DNA of 64,000 nucleotides from Ancylonema sp. (Eukaryota): NCBI GenBank assembly GCA_050230475.1, contig JBFLGF010000040.1:1-64000 (forward strand), written 5' to 3'. Shown in pieces: positions 26,898 through 39,115 of the stretch (positions are counted from its first letter, which is position 1; every line of letters begins with the position of its first letter). The notes beneath the pieces are model-generated. The model did no database searches. It saw only the letters and a program-made list of their open reading frames with translations, and was not told the origin of the DNA. The translations under genes and the position numbers were made by a program.

Positions 26898-29566
26898 TGA
26901 AGTAGCAAGTACAAGGCTTCATTTTAGTTGGTCTCCTTCACCGAAGTTCGACTTGAGGAGGAGATTTGGCGCCAGTGTAGCATAGACTAAACATGATACC
27001 ATCCCCGCCGGGATCATAGCCCCTGTTGTGTTTTCCCCTCCGGAGTGGGGCTAAGTTGTGAGGCTCAACAATCAATACCATAGTCCGCGGTTGTCAGTTC
27101 CGGTTAATCCAGGCCGTCAAGCCTCAGGCATTATCCATAGACGTAAGTCATTTCCGTAGGGGTAGGTTGAGGGGTGGGGTTGTTGTGTATTTATTCATTG
27201 TGGTGTCGAGTGGGCTATAAAGCTGGCACTTACGGTTTGCTTATGCGTTGCATATTTGAATATCCCAATAACCCCCCCATTGGATTCTAGTCCTAGAGGC
27301 ACATCAAAGTTTGGACCTTTTTGTAGAATGGTGCATGCACTTTACGTAACGAGAACACACAATAAATGTCTAGCCACAAAAGTACAAACTCAAGGGATAG
27401 CCCGGATGCGCATGCGTGTAGTCCCCGCATGGGGGTTGCCCGTGGGATGAGGGGACTATCCGGTATGGGATTTGAGGGTGTGGTGTGCAGTTCTCATCCT
27501 AGAATGAAAAATAATTGGAGTATAGAGTTTCAAATCGTTACTACTTCAAACATGTTTATGTTACCCAAGTCAATATGTGAGGAGGTACAGTCTAGGTAAT
27601 AGCACTCGATTAGATTTGCGTTTCTCCATGCCCATTGGCACCAGAAATCCAATTATTTTGAGTTGGTTGAACCCTTGAAGTAGTGTGAGTGTGTGGATGG
27701 TCATAATCGACCTCGTATTAGTCGCGAAGTGTCGGCAATGACATTGTGTTGAGCTCTCCCGGGGGAAGTCCCCCCCCTCCTCCGCCATAATATAACATGT
27801 GCAACAGGACATGACCTCGCCATAACATGTTGGAAGTGAACATTGGGAACATTTGAGTGTTGGAAATACGTCCAATGTAGTCCTCTACAACATTGGTAGA
27901 GGTCCTAACTCTTCTTTTTTTATGATTGAGTCGGAAACGAGGATTTAAACCATAGTTGGGCGCGCATATGTGCGCTGGATTGGCGCACATGTTCGGAACA
28001 TGTGCGCATCACGCACCAATTGGAAAAAATCAAAAACTGGAATTTTGACTAAGGTAAAAGCCGCCACTCATAGTAATAAGTGTTTTGAGTCTTTCTAACT
28101 TAAGTATTTTTTCCTTGTTTTTCTTTTATATGACACCCTACCATAGGTTAGGGTCCCTCAGATTGTGCACGTACTTCTTCTTTTATCTAAAATATTAATG
28201 GTCAGACATTAGTTTGTGAACTCAGGTATTACACAAGGTCATAAGTATTACTTAATGTGATTACATGGGACCAAGGTAAGTTCCGTTATTTCGCAATTCA
28301 CCGCCTTCACGTCATTACGGGTCTGGAAGCGCGGTTACCCGCACATATTGTATAATCAAAATCTGATAGTGTCAGGTTACATAATTGTGACATAATCAAC
28401 CTTGACTTACATAGTACGAAATAATACCACAAATGAATGTATGATACAGTGCATACTACTTTTTCGTACATGAAACTTCATGACAATTGTGTTGAAGTGT
28501 ATGGAAATCATTTGTGGTTTTTACGTAAACATGTGCCATCATACAAAGTATCTTTCCGTACGTATTCCACTAAAGTTTACAAGGGAGGACCCAAAATTCC
28601 ATGATTGAATCTCGACCGGCAACTTTGAAACACACAATTTTCAAGCCATATTTATTATCACCGTAAATTTGGTATTCTTTGCATTATATTGCCATAGTGA
28701 AATATTGTACTTTCACAACCCTCGTCCTACTTGCAATGCATGGTTTTGAATTCTGGTCTCATGAAAATGACCCCAGTGAGTCAACGGGTAAATGGAGTAG
28801 CATGCAAAATGTTTTGAGAAAGAATAAATGAAAATCTAGCCATAGGGGTCTTTGCAAAACTAAGGAAGTTAAAAAGAGGTATCTACCATATGAAAAATAG
28901 GTGGGGGGAGATAAATTGGTACATCAATCACAACTATATACATTGCGGCATTTCATGTTGGAAGTGCCGTCACTCCTTACATTGCGCCAAACTTTGGCAT
29001 CATTGCAAACCAACGTTCAGAAGTCCAACAAACAAAAAGGTTCATCGTAGATCCCGTACACGCCTCGGTACATCATTTACATACAAACAGCCAGAAATCA
29101 TCTCGTATTAAAATGCGCAATAAATATCGAAGACCCTCCGATGAGAAGCAACCAAATGATATGGTAACCAAATGGTAACCAAATGGTACCCAAAAGGGTA
29201 ACCAGAATCCTGATCACCATCTACAAGTGGTAGATTCCCTCCATCAAAGAGTAGCAATCAGCGGAGGACAACACTGTCCGCCCCGACTACTCCCCCTTAC
29301 AAAAACTCTGAATATGACGATAAAATACGACCACGCCTTTCATAAATGAATCGTTACGAGGAGTCACGGAATCTCCATCTCCAATCTCAAAGGGGAGCCA
29401 TGGCTGTGCCACTGAGACCTACTCGGTTGCTACAAAAAAAAATCACTCCTCCAAAGCCTCCTTTGAGATTCTCACGCTCAGAAACCAGAGCGGTCGGACG
29501 CCCCCCTTCTACGCTCCACTCCCAACCCCTCCTCCTCTCCCATCCACTCTAACTATCCCCAAACTC

Positions 29567-31854
29567 TCAAAACTGCACCCCTGTGTGCCCATGTTTCGCG
29601 ACCAACTCCCACCTCCCTATGCCCCTCTCCTCCTCGTCCTCCACGTCCTTGTACACATTCCGCTGAAGATGCGAGAATCCCGTGGTCTCCACCTGGCACC
29701 CCCCCTTCCCCTTCTGACAGCGCACAATGGAGGAATGAACGGCCTCCGCGTGCGTGAGGAGGATGATGTCATCATCGAGGAACTGCGACAGGACACACAA
29801 CCAGGTGTGGTCACCATCCAGGTCTTGAGTTCGACCCTATCCTTCCTTAGGGCCCACAGTGAATCCTCAGCAGCATTTTGGTGTCTCCCACTCTCCAACC
29901 TCGCCCCCCACCCCACCCCAAGCCCAGCCCGACATTCTTCCTCACCCCTCCACCCTCCCTCCGCTCAACATCATCTTGCCCCTCAACATCACTTCTGTCC
30001 CTTGTATCCAGTCCCTCCAACATCCCCCCCTCATGCACCTCACCTCCTCTGAAATCCGCTCAATGGCAGCCACAAGCCTCACGATGCCTGCTGACTGTTC
30101 CTCCGGCCAACCGGGGAGCGCCAGCTGTGCAGCAGGTGGCCTATCCACGAGCTGACGTGGCAGCAGACTCTCTAACTGGTCCCGCGTCAGCAGGTAGCCC
30201 TCTTGGTGCGGATTATCTCCACAGCTCATGATCGGAGCAAGTCCATAGTCCACCGAAACCTTAACCCCAAAGGGGGGTTGAACATCTTCCGTCTTTCTCC
30301 TCTTCGAATCCTGTCGTCCGGAGCTGCGGAAGGGGCTCTGCAGGGGCCAGCAAATGAGCGCCAAGTGTCAGACGCTTGTGTAATTCACCTGGTGCTTCGC
30401 AATATGTTTTGGTGAACACGGCTCTCCGGAACAAAGGCACTTGGAGGGGACGACATCCATACAAGCCCAAGCACAGCCCCTAAGCTTTTTTTAAAATCAG
30501 CTTAACCAACGTATCGATTTCATCCACCATTCTCTGTCAGCAAAGACACTGCCCTCCCCCCACTCCACTTGTCCTTTCCCTGCCCCACTCTTGCGAGTTT
30601 TTGCACTTGCTGAGTGCGTTGAAGGCTAGGGGAGTACACGTCAAGACATGACAGCGTTCCACGTCATCGAATCATTCCACCAATAAGAGGCTCAGAGACC
30701 TGCGGTGCTTACTGCCACGGCATTCACAATTCTGCGAGTCACTTTCGTCCTCAGCCTGTGGGCAGGACTCTTGCCAGGTGGCACCGTCTCACTGCATCCT
30801 TCTATACCATTTCCGTCCATCGTCGTCAACGCCTCCGCCAGTTCGGCAGCAGTTTCCACGCAACTTCGGTAGGGTGAACAAACGATCCGCGTGCAACCCC
30901 AGCCCTCGCGACGCAAACGCAGGCCAGTCTGCATCAAAACCCGCCACTCGCAATTTGTTTATGAATGTTCGGGAATTCACGAATGACCTCGTCGACCCAC
31001 CAATCTGTCTTATCAACCCCTTCTGAAAGTCACTGTGGCCCCGGGTTAAGCGAATGTCTAGTATAATACTCATCCCTTTCCGACATCCCTTTGTGACAAA
31101 CCTGGAGTGCGTTCGCCCTGACACAATCGGTTCTACTTGTCCACATATCCGGGAAGTGAGAAGAAACTGAAACAGCTGTCATTGCTACCAAGCTTCTGTT
31201 GAGCCGGCAGTCGCTAAAACCGTGATGATGACGATCACAAACTAGGTATGTCAGGGCAACCATCCCCAATTCTAAAACGTGTCCGGGAATCCTGACCTGC
31301 ATCGCTTGTTGCTTTCCTCTCTCCGTAAGCAATGGATCCCAGGGCCTCTCCGCGATTTGCCTGGCACGTGCTACTGCCTGAGTATCTCCATGCCGCATGA
31401 CAAACACATGTTGCCGCTTTCTTAACATAACTGGCTGGATGCCGCATATGGTCGATACAGCAGACCCCACAAATGAATTCACTTTCTTACAATCTACTCG
31501 CAACAGGCGGCCACAAGCCGGCTGACGGTCGTCTACATCCGAGGAAGACCCTTCTTGATCTGCGAATCGGCTCAATGGTTCGAACAAGATGGGAAAGCAG
31601 GAGAAGGAGGAGAAGTCTGGCACGTCTCGGGGGGTCACGTTGATGCCACTATCGGAGGGATGAGGAAAGCCACCGTCGCGGCTCGCGAGACGCTTATTGC
31701 GTCGGTCGAAATGTCTGCGTTTCAGAGGGGTTGGGCTCTCCCTCTCGCTCATCTGAACATCCTGGACCAATTCAACCTCTTCTTCGGTGGCATAGCCAGA
31801 CGTGGACGCTGTACGAGAACGCTTGCCCTTCTGTCGACTCTCGACTTGGCCCAT
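29567..31854 (-). CDS. Histidine phosphatase / phosphoglycerate-mutase-like protein (predicted 4 exons)
   Basis: Exons ~31297-31854, 30713-30928, 30044-30337 and 29567-29782 (GT-AG, phase 0). Motifs VFVMRHGD, DPLLTERGKQQA, IVCSPYRSCVETA, KVSVDYGL and IILLTHA. Exon 1 may hide another intron. Confidence 0.85.
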
Positions 31855-32559
31855 TGTGATAACCGACAAGTGAAACGTTCAATACTTGATGTTTCGCAAC
31901 TAAAGATGCATTTTTAGACGTCGAAAAATCGCGCAAGGCTTGAGAATTCGTGCGCAATTTTGGATTCCACTGATATCGAACATGCGGGCATGCGCAGACG
32001 ATGAGTCAAGCCTCCGTGAGGTCACAGGACGAGTCCTTGAAGGAAAATCCGATAATGAAAGGAGTGAGAAACAAGGATCTGAGCTGTGAGCGACCTCCCC
32101 CGGCACATGGACAAGCAAATAACGGCTATCTGACGCAGTCGTTATTTGGGAGCCTCCCGCTATCTGGCAGTGCATCTGACACTTTATGACAACTGCACGT
32201 GAGGGAGACGAATGGCTCGGGACAAAATTCAAAATACCCGTACTGGTATAGATGGGTCTTTGAAGCGCGCGTCTCGCACGTACTTCGCAAGCGTGCGCTC
32301 GCGCACGCAAGCCGCGCGCGTGCGCAAATCTCGCGCACGGTGCTGACCCATAGGCATAGATGGGTCAGCACCATGCGCAAGATTTGCGCACGCGCGCCGC
32401 AAGCGTGCGGCATGCGCACGGTGCTGACCCATCTATGGACAATACTAACTAAGGCGTTGACTGACTTTGGCGCAAGTCGAAAATCGACTTAGTCGGGCCT
32501 AGTTAAGGGTGTTACTTAGTCTGCCGTAAGATATGCTCATAGGGTCCAGAAATACATTG

Positions 32560-33337
32560 TAGGGAACGCGTATCCGCACCCACTTTTCCTTATCCGCACC
32601 CAGTCGGCCAGTCGCGTACCGGCTGGTGATCTGGCCGTTTGAAACTTGCCGTCAAAAATAATTAGATAACCCGGACTGCACACGTGTAACAATACTGCCA
32701 CATCAGCGAAACGAAGCATGAGGTCTGGTATCCTCCCTTTCCACTCAATTCAGCCTCAACTGCACCCTGACGCTGACAGCGAACCTTTCACTGGGTGCTA
32801 TTGTCATCCGCAGCCCTTCAATTTATTCGATCTGAGCGATTGTGCAACCAAATTGAATTCGGAGACACGCAGTGTAATCCTAGTTTCAACTTCTCTTGAT
32901 ACTGATTTACGAATTCTGACGTCAGAATGTAGCACAGCATACGAAACAATAATATGGCAAGAAAGCGCGCAAACAGTACAACAGGAAGTTTAAAAACCAT
33001 TTTTTGATTCTTATGTCAAGAAAATACAGAATATTGTTAGAGCAACATTTTCATCGTAAAATTTTAAAGAAAGATTGAGTATGCACTCGGTACGGATAAA
33101 TCGTGGCAGGCAAGGAAGGTAGTAAAGAAATCGAATCGGGCAGCGGACGCTGGTTCACGTACAGCGGCGATTATGCCACGATAAACCGAGATACTACCAA
33201 GAAAAACGTCAGCATCGATTTTACGTGTGGTACCGGGTAACTCGACGGCAAGTTTCAAACGGCCAAATAACCAGCCGGTACGCGACTGGCCGACTGGGTG
33301 CGGATAAGGACAAGTGGGTGCGGATACGCGTTCCCTA
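32560..33337. mobile_element. MITE / non-autonomous DNA transposon with ~95-bp terminal inverted repeats
   Basis: TAGGGAACGCGTATCCGCACCCAC...AAACTTGCCGTC at the left end and its near-perfect reverse complement ending at 33337. The outer TA may be the target duplication. Confidence 0.85.
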
Positions 33338-33351
33338 AATAAAAACCCGTT

Positions 33352-34540
33352 ACCGGGTTGGGGTCTTAAGTCGATGGGGTAATGTTGTTAATACCTAAAA
33401 GTGGGCTGGGGTAAGGGGGTGGGGTAACATTATCTAATTGTTTTTGGCTGGGATAAGGGGGTGGGGCGTGAATAAACATATTGTTTGGGAAAAGGGGTGG
33501 GGTATTAAAGTTGGCCAGTACGGTATTTGGACACGGCATTTGATTCTTGAGGGAGTCGCGAATTGATTGGTGGTCCACCACCATCAGAACTTCAATCGTA
33601 TTAACGAATTTTAACATGACGTTAACCCTGATATCACGACTTTTTTGTAACCAACCGTACCGGCCAACTTTAATACCCCACTAATTATTTTTTTATAGCT
33701 GGGGTGCGGCAAGGAAAATAATTCGAGATTTGAGATTTTGGGGTATTAAGAAGGTTCGGTAATTCGTTTATTGGGATTTGTGGGGTACTATCCTAAAATT
33801 CTGCCAGCCGGGGTAATAGCGGCGGCAAGCTCTAAATAAAGGGGGATCTTGTCGTTCTAGGCAAAATTGATGTACCAGGATCTAGTACCTTCCTTCGTAT
33901 CCGTGTTCCAAGGACCACTATGATGGTGGTTCATGATAAGACAATTGGTTTGATTTTTTTGTGGAAATATATTCGATGCTCTATTGTGTCACAAGGTGTT
34001 ACATTATGCCACATTGTCTCTTGTAGGTGTTCGACAAGCTCAAGGAGAATAAAAAAGAAAGAGCCTTATGATAAGTTATGTTTTTAAAAAAACATTGGTT
34101 CGTTTGATGGCAAAAGAACCTCAAACATTTTCGTGCATATGCATGGTGTTCCACACAAATGAGAGAACAATATCAAAAAACAAGTACCGTGTGCCCATGA
34201 GCCGAAGAGCCCACGATTCGTGGACCTCAAGGTTTCCCTATATCGATTACGGGGTCATGATTCTAGTTGCATTGCAATTTTCGAAGCGCGGTTCTCACCT
34301 TTTACAAACTCTACTAGATAAAAGAGCAATGACTGTGCCCACTTAGGGTCCAAAAATATTGCCGTTGCCGGGTTGAGGTATTAAGTCGCTGGGGTAATGT
34401 GATTAATACACAAAAATGGGCTGGGGTAAGGGGGTGGGGTAACATTTACTAATTGTTTTTGGCTGGGGTAAGGGGGTGGGGCGTGAATAAACATATTGTT
34501 TGGGAAAAGGGGTGGGGTATTCAAGTTGGCCAGCACAGTG
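33352..34540. repeat. ~175-bp G-tract-rich direct repeat, two copies (33352-33525, 34368-34540)
   Basis: Shared GGGCTGGGGTAAGGGGGTGGGGTAACATT...GGGGTATT(A/C)AAGTTGGCCAG. A partial inverted copy at ~33654-33680 suggests DNA-transposon ends. Confidence 0.8.
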
Positions 34541-34544
34541 TTTT

Positions 34545-35040
34545 TGACGTGCGGTTTGGAGTCGGCCGCTCTAATGATGTTCTCAATACTTTGCCTTGAT
34601 ATTTCTCAGATGATTCTCACAGATGATGCATGTGGTAATGCTCGCGGTGGTGTAGCGATGATGTTGACAGCGTTGGTATCGATGATGCTCTATCATAATG
34701 TCACATTCAGGTACTTGTGCTGCTCTCACTAAGTAGGATTGCAGATTGAGTCTCTGCTGAGATATCAATATTATATTTATCACACGTCTCAGCGGTCTGG
34801 GGAAATTCACTACTTAACGCCGAGGGCGAGCTAACAGATGGTCTATAGTACAAAAGTCTGTGAAAATACTATAAAGCAATAAAGCAAACAAGATAGTCTG
34901 GAGCAGACTATCAAGGTTAGCAGCCGTAAGAGTTACTTTCGGCAATGTATCGACGGCGCGTCGATAAAAGATGCTGGCTCAGAAAGAGCGTCAGCAGACA
35001 GGTGTTTACAACAAACAAATGCTGGCTCGGAGCGAGCGAC

Positions 35041-35072
<32 letters not shown>

Positions 35073-38000
35073 AATGAAAGTGCCGGTTCGGAACGAACGC
35101 AGGCAAATCGACATATAAAAACCACACACGCACGCTTGTTGGCTGAGAGAGAGCGTCAGCGAATCGATGTAAGAAACTACAATCGATTAACAAGCTGGCT
35201 GAGAAAGAGCGTCAGCAACAGATTCATGAATCAGATAAAAATACACACACACACAGATTGTGCAAATAATGATTTGCAATCTTACCGGCTGGCTGACGGA
35301 TGTCAGGCTGAGTCAGAAGACGAGCACGTTGCGAAGTCGCGTAAGCGAAAGGAATGCATCCAGAGAATTGCGAAGGATTCAGATAACACAGAAGATTGTT
35401 GAAGGGATTTCTTAACAGCGCAATCTGACAGCGGAAGCTGGCAGATCTGAAAGTACAAATTTCTTTTATCAAAAAGTTGTTGCGCGGTGCTAACCGGCAT
35501 AGTTAACTAGAGTTAGTCTATCAAAGATCACGACAGGCTGGCTTCTATAACTTTCAATTTAATCTCGACGCTACGATGAAACGCGTCAGATCTTATCTTT
35601 ATCTCTACGGCTGGATTTATCGCCGGGAATATCGACATGTCGAAAGTGACATTGTCGATTTACAAAATATTGACACGCAGCTGTTTGTTGAAACTGCAGA
35701 GTTCTAGACTTCTGAAAATACGCCACGCGTTATTTTCAAGTCGTACAAAAAATAGTATTTCACACTTTTCTCATAAAGTACTGATTCTAGATCATCGTTA
35801 TATCGAATACTCTCGTTGTAGAGACGTATTAATCGAGAGGGGTTTCTGATCATTCTAGAGGGGTTTCTGCCTTAGCGATCTCTAGCGTCATGACAGCTGA
35901 CGTGCGGTTTGGAGTCGGCCGCCCTGAATGATGTTCTCAATACTTTGCCATGATATTTCTTAAATGATTCTCAGAATGATGCATGTGGTAATGCTCGCGG
36001 TGGTGTAGCGATGATGTTGACAGCGTTGGTATCGATGATGCTCTATCATAATGTCACATTCAGGTACTGTGCTGCTCTCACCCCCCCCCCCCAGCTGCGA
36101 AACACTTGTGGAGGAGTTGGGTAATCAGGTGCAGCGTTCTTGGTCATGTGCTGGACAGGAATGGATATACCCTTCCATGCACTCCATTGTGGAAATGGCT
36201 TAGTTTGCATTTTGTCGATGGTTTTTCGCAAGTATTGTGCACAGTTGATGTGTAAAGTGGCAAGTCGGGTAACAGCATGTTGCTGGTTGTCTTGTGCCAT
36301 GGTTCTGCTGGCAACATGTAGTTGTGGTCGAGGAGTTTGGTGAATGTCGGTCGGTTTGGTTGATACGAAACTCAAATTCTGTCAGGTTGTCGGCTTCTTC
36401 TGTTGAATGTAACAAATCCTCGTTTGGAATTCGCATAAATGTATCAGCAGACGTGTAAGTAACACCTCCATCCATGTATTGACAATGCACCGATGCTGCG
36501 TGTGGCAAGGTGTATTTGACTGGAATTGAAGCACGGTGTGTACCCTGTTTTTTCCAATCGACACGGTAGTGAAAATGTTGACTCCATGGATCTGTAATAC
36601 CTCCTATTGGTCCCACGAAGGTACTTCCCAACAAAACATCGTATTTGTCGGAGGGTGTCAAATAAAGTTTGGCGTTAACCGAAGTTTGTTTTTTACCATG
36701 TCCAATGGTGATGGTGTATGCTTTCTTGGTGGTCCCCAAAGATTGTTGGTATTTGCCATCTGAAATTACGTATTCTTCTCCAGGATCAAGGTCTTGTGGT
36801 GTAAGCCTGAGTTGTTTGGCAAATTTGGTGCCAATGGTCACGTTCTCTGCACCTCAATCGAATATTGGTAGTGAAGGTGTTTCTCCACCAATAGTAAGTA
36901 TGGATTGATTGTTGTCAGCGGTAGGTATATGCTAGTTGGTTGTCAATCTGGAGTTACAAGGGATTACCGGTGGTTTGGTGTTTTGTGGTCCCATTACAGA
37001 GAGTGCCATTGGTGGTTGTGACATCTCTCCTTGTCGAGGGTAATCATGTGGTGGTGGTATGTCACCTTGAGGTGAGTCAAGTAACAAATTTCGACGTCGT
37101 GGACAGTTGGTCATTGTATGTCCTGTTTGTCCACAGAAATAACATCGTAATTCTTTTTCAATGACATCGTATGGTTCTTCAAAATCAGATATGTTTGGTG
37201 TCTGATGTGGTGCAGACTCGAGTGGTGTCGAGGTACTTGAAGGTAAAATGTCTGAGTGGTTATTAATGGAATACCCCAGGTTATGTTCGATCTTCGTCAC
37301 TGTTATAGTCGTTCGAAGCTTTGTCATGAGTTTTTCCAGTACTCGTTCAAGTTGTTCATCAGAAATGTGAACAGATCCTGCTGGAATGTCCGACTGAGGT
37401 GCCATAACTGTGTAAGCTGGTGGATCAACTTCTTCAGTTTTAGGCTCCTCATAGCGTGCGAAGGATAGGGTTGCCTTCCATACTTGTTCTTCCTGAAGCA
37501 ACTGCATGGTGAGATGGCGAGGGATGTGCTCCTGCCACTCCTCCTTCCTGTACTTTTGCAACATCTGGACGTGTGCCAATGTTTGTTCCCGCATGTGAGG
37601 TGGTAATAGGTGTACCATTTGGTTTTGTTCCTCAATCTGACTCTGAATGAGTCCCACCTTGTAGTATCGAAATTCTTTTCCCAGATCTGTCGTCATGGAA
37701 ACAAGATCTTTCTCCGAAGTCATTTTGTTCAACATATACTCTGCCTTGGTTGCTCTTTCGACCCAATGACCATGGTTGTAAACGTCTACCATTGAGTTAG
37801 TAGATAAAAGTGTATATCGTCAATGAAGTAGTAGTCAAAGACAAAGTAAGTATAAAACAAAAAAATGGTGACAATGTTGTCACATACTTTTATTTATTAA
37901 AAATTTAAAACTCAAACTTTAAAAATCAAGGTCTTCCGCGGTCGGATTGAAGCAGTATTGCAGATTGAGTCTCTCCTGAGATATCAATATTATATCTATC

Positions 38001-39115
38001 ACACGTCTCAGCGGTCTGGTGAAATTCACTACTTAACGCCGAGGGCGAGCTACCAGATGGTTTATAATACAAAAGTCTGTGAAAATATTATAAAACAAAC
38101 AAGATACTTTGGTGCAGACTATCAAGGTTAGTAGCCGTAAGAGTTACTTTCGGTGCGAAAGCAAAGTATTGACGGCGCGTCGATAAAAGACGCTGGCTCA
38201 GAAAGAACGTGAGCAGACAGGTGTTTACAACAAATGCTGGCTCGGAGCGAGCGACAGCAAACACACACACACACAAATGAAAGTGCCGGTTCGCGGAGCG
38301 AACGCAGGCAAATCGACAGATATTAAAAACACACACGCACGCTTGCTGGCTCAGAGAGAGCGTCAGCGAATCGATGTAAGAAATGTCGATTAACGAGCTG
38401 GCTCAGAAAGAGCGTCAGCAACAGATTCAGATGAATCAGATCAAATACACACACAAATTCACACACACACAGATTGCAAAGAATGATTAGCAATCTTACC
38501 GGCTGGCTGACGGATGTCAGGCTGAGTCGGAAGACGAGCACGTTGCGAAGTCGCGTAAGCGAAGGAATGCAATTTTCAGAGAATTGCAAAGGATTCAGAT
38601 AACACATAAGATTGTTGAAGGGATTTCTTAACAACGCAATCTGACAGCGGAAGCTGGCAGATCTGAAAGTACAAATTTCTTTTATCACAAAAGTTGTTGC
38701 GCGGTGCTAACCGGCATAGTTAACTAGAGTTAGTCTATTGAAGATTACGACAGGCTGGCTTCTAGAACATTGCAATTCATCTTGGCGCTCCGATGGAAGC
38801 GGCGCGAAATATTACTCTCTCGTTCTACGGCTGGATTTAGTCGCCTGGATTATCGACAAGTCGAAAGAGACTTGTGATTTAAACGAAATCGACACGCAGC
38901 TATTTGTTGAAGACTGTTGGATTCTAGACTTCGGAAAATACGCCACGCGTTATTTTCAAGTCGTACAAATTTCGTACTTCACTATTTTTCTAGCAAAGTA
39001 CTAATTCTTAAAAAATCGTTATATCGAATACTCTCGTTATAGCAGAGTTTAATCTAGAGGGGTTTCTAATCAATCTAGAGGGATTTCGTCTTAGCGATCT
39101 CTAGCGTCATGGACA
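34545..39115 (-). mobile_element. Apparently complete non-autonomous retroelement with split direct repeats (A1-gag/pro-PPT-B1-A2-B2)
   Basis: A copies (~1.16 kb) at 37957-39115 and 34738-35895. B copies (~0.18 kb) at 35898-36080 and 34545-34728. PPT G12 at 36081-36092 (minus). Junction ACGTCA-GC-TGTCA. Confidence 0.88.
36200..37792 (-). pseudogene. gag-aspartic protease polyprotein of the split-repeat element (two in-frame stops; no RT, integrase or YR)
   Basis: CCHC knuckle CYFCGQTGHTMTNC. The same frame continues past TAG (36932) to PIFD*GAENVTIG (degenerate DSGA active site) and YDVLLG. Resembles the protease at 60013-60561. Confidence 0.8.
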
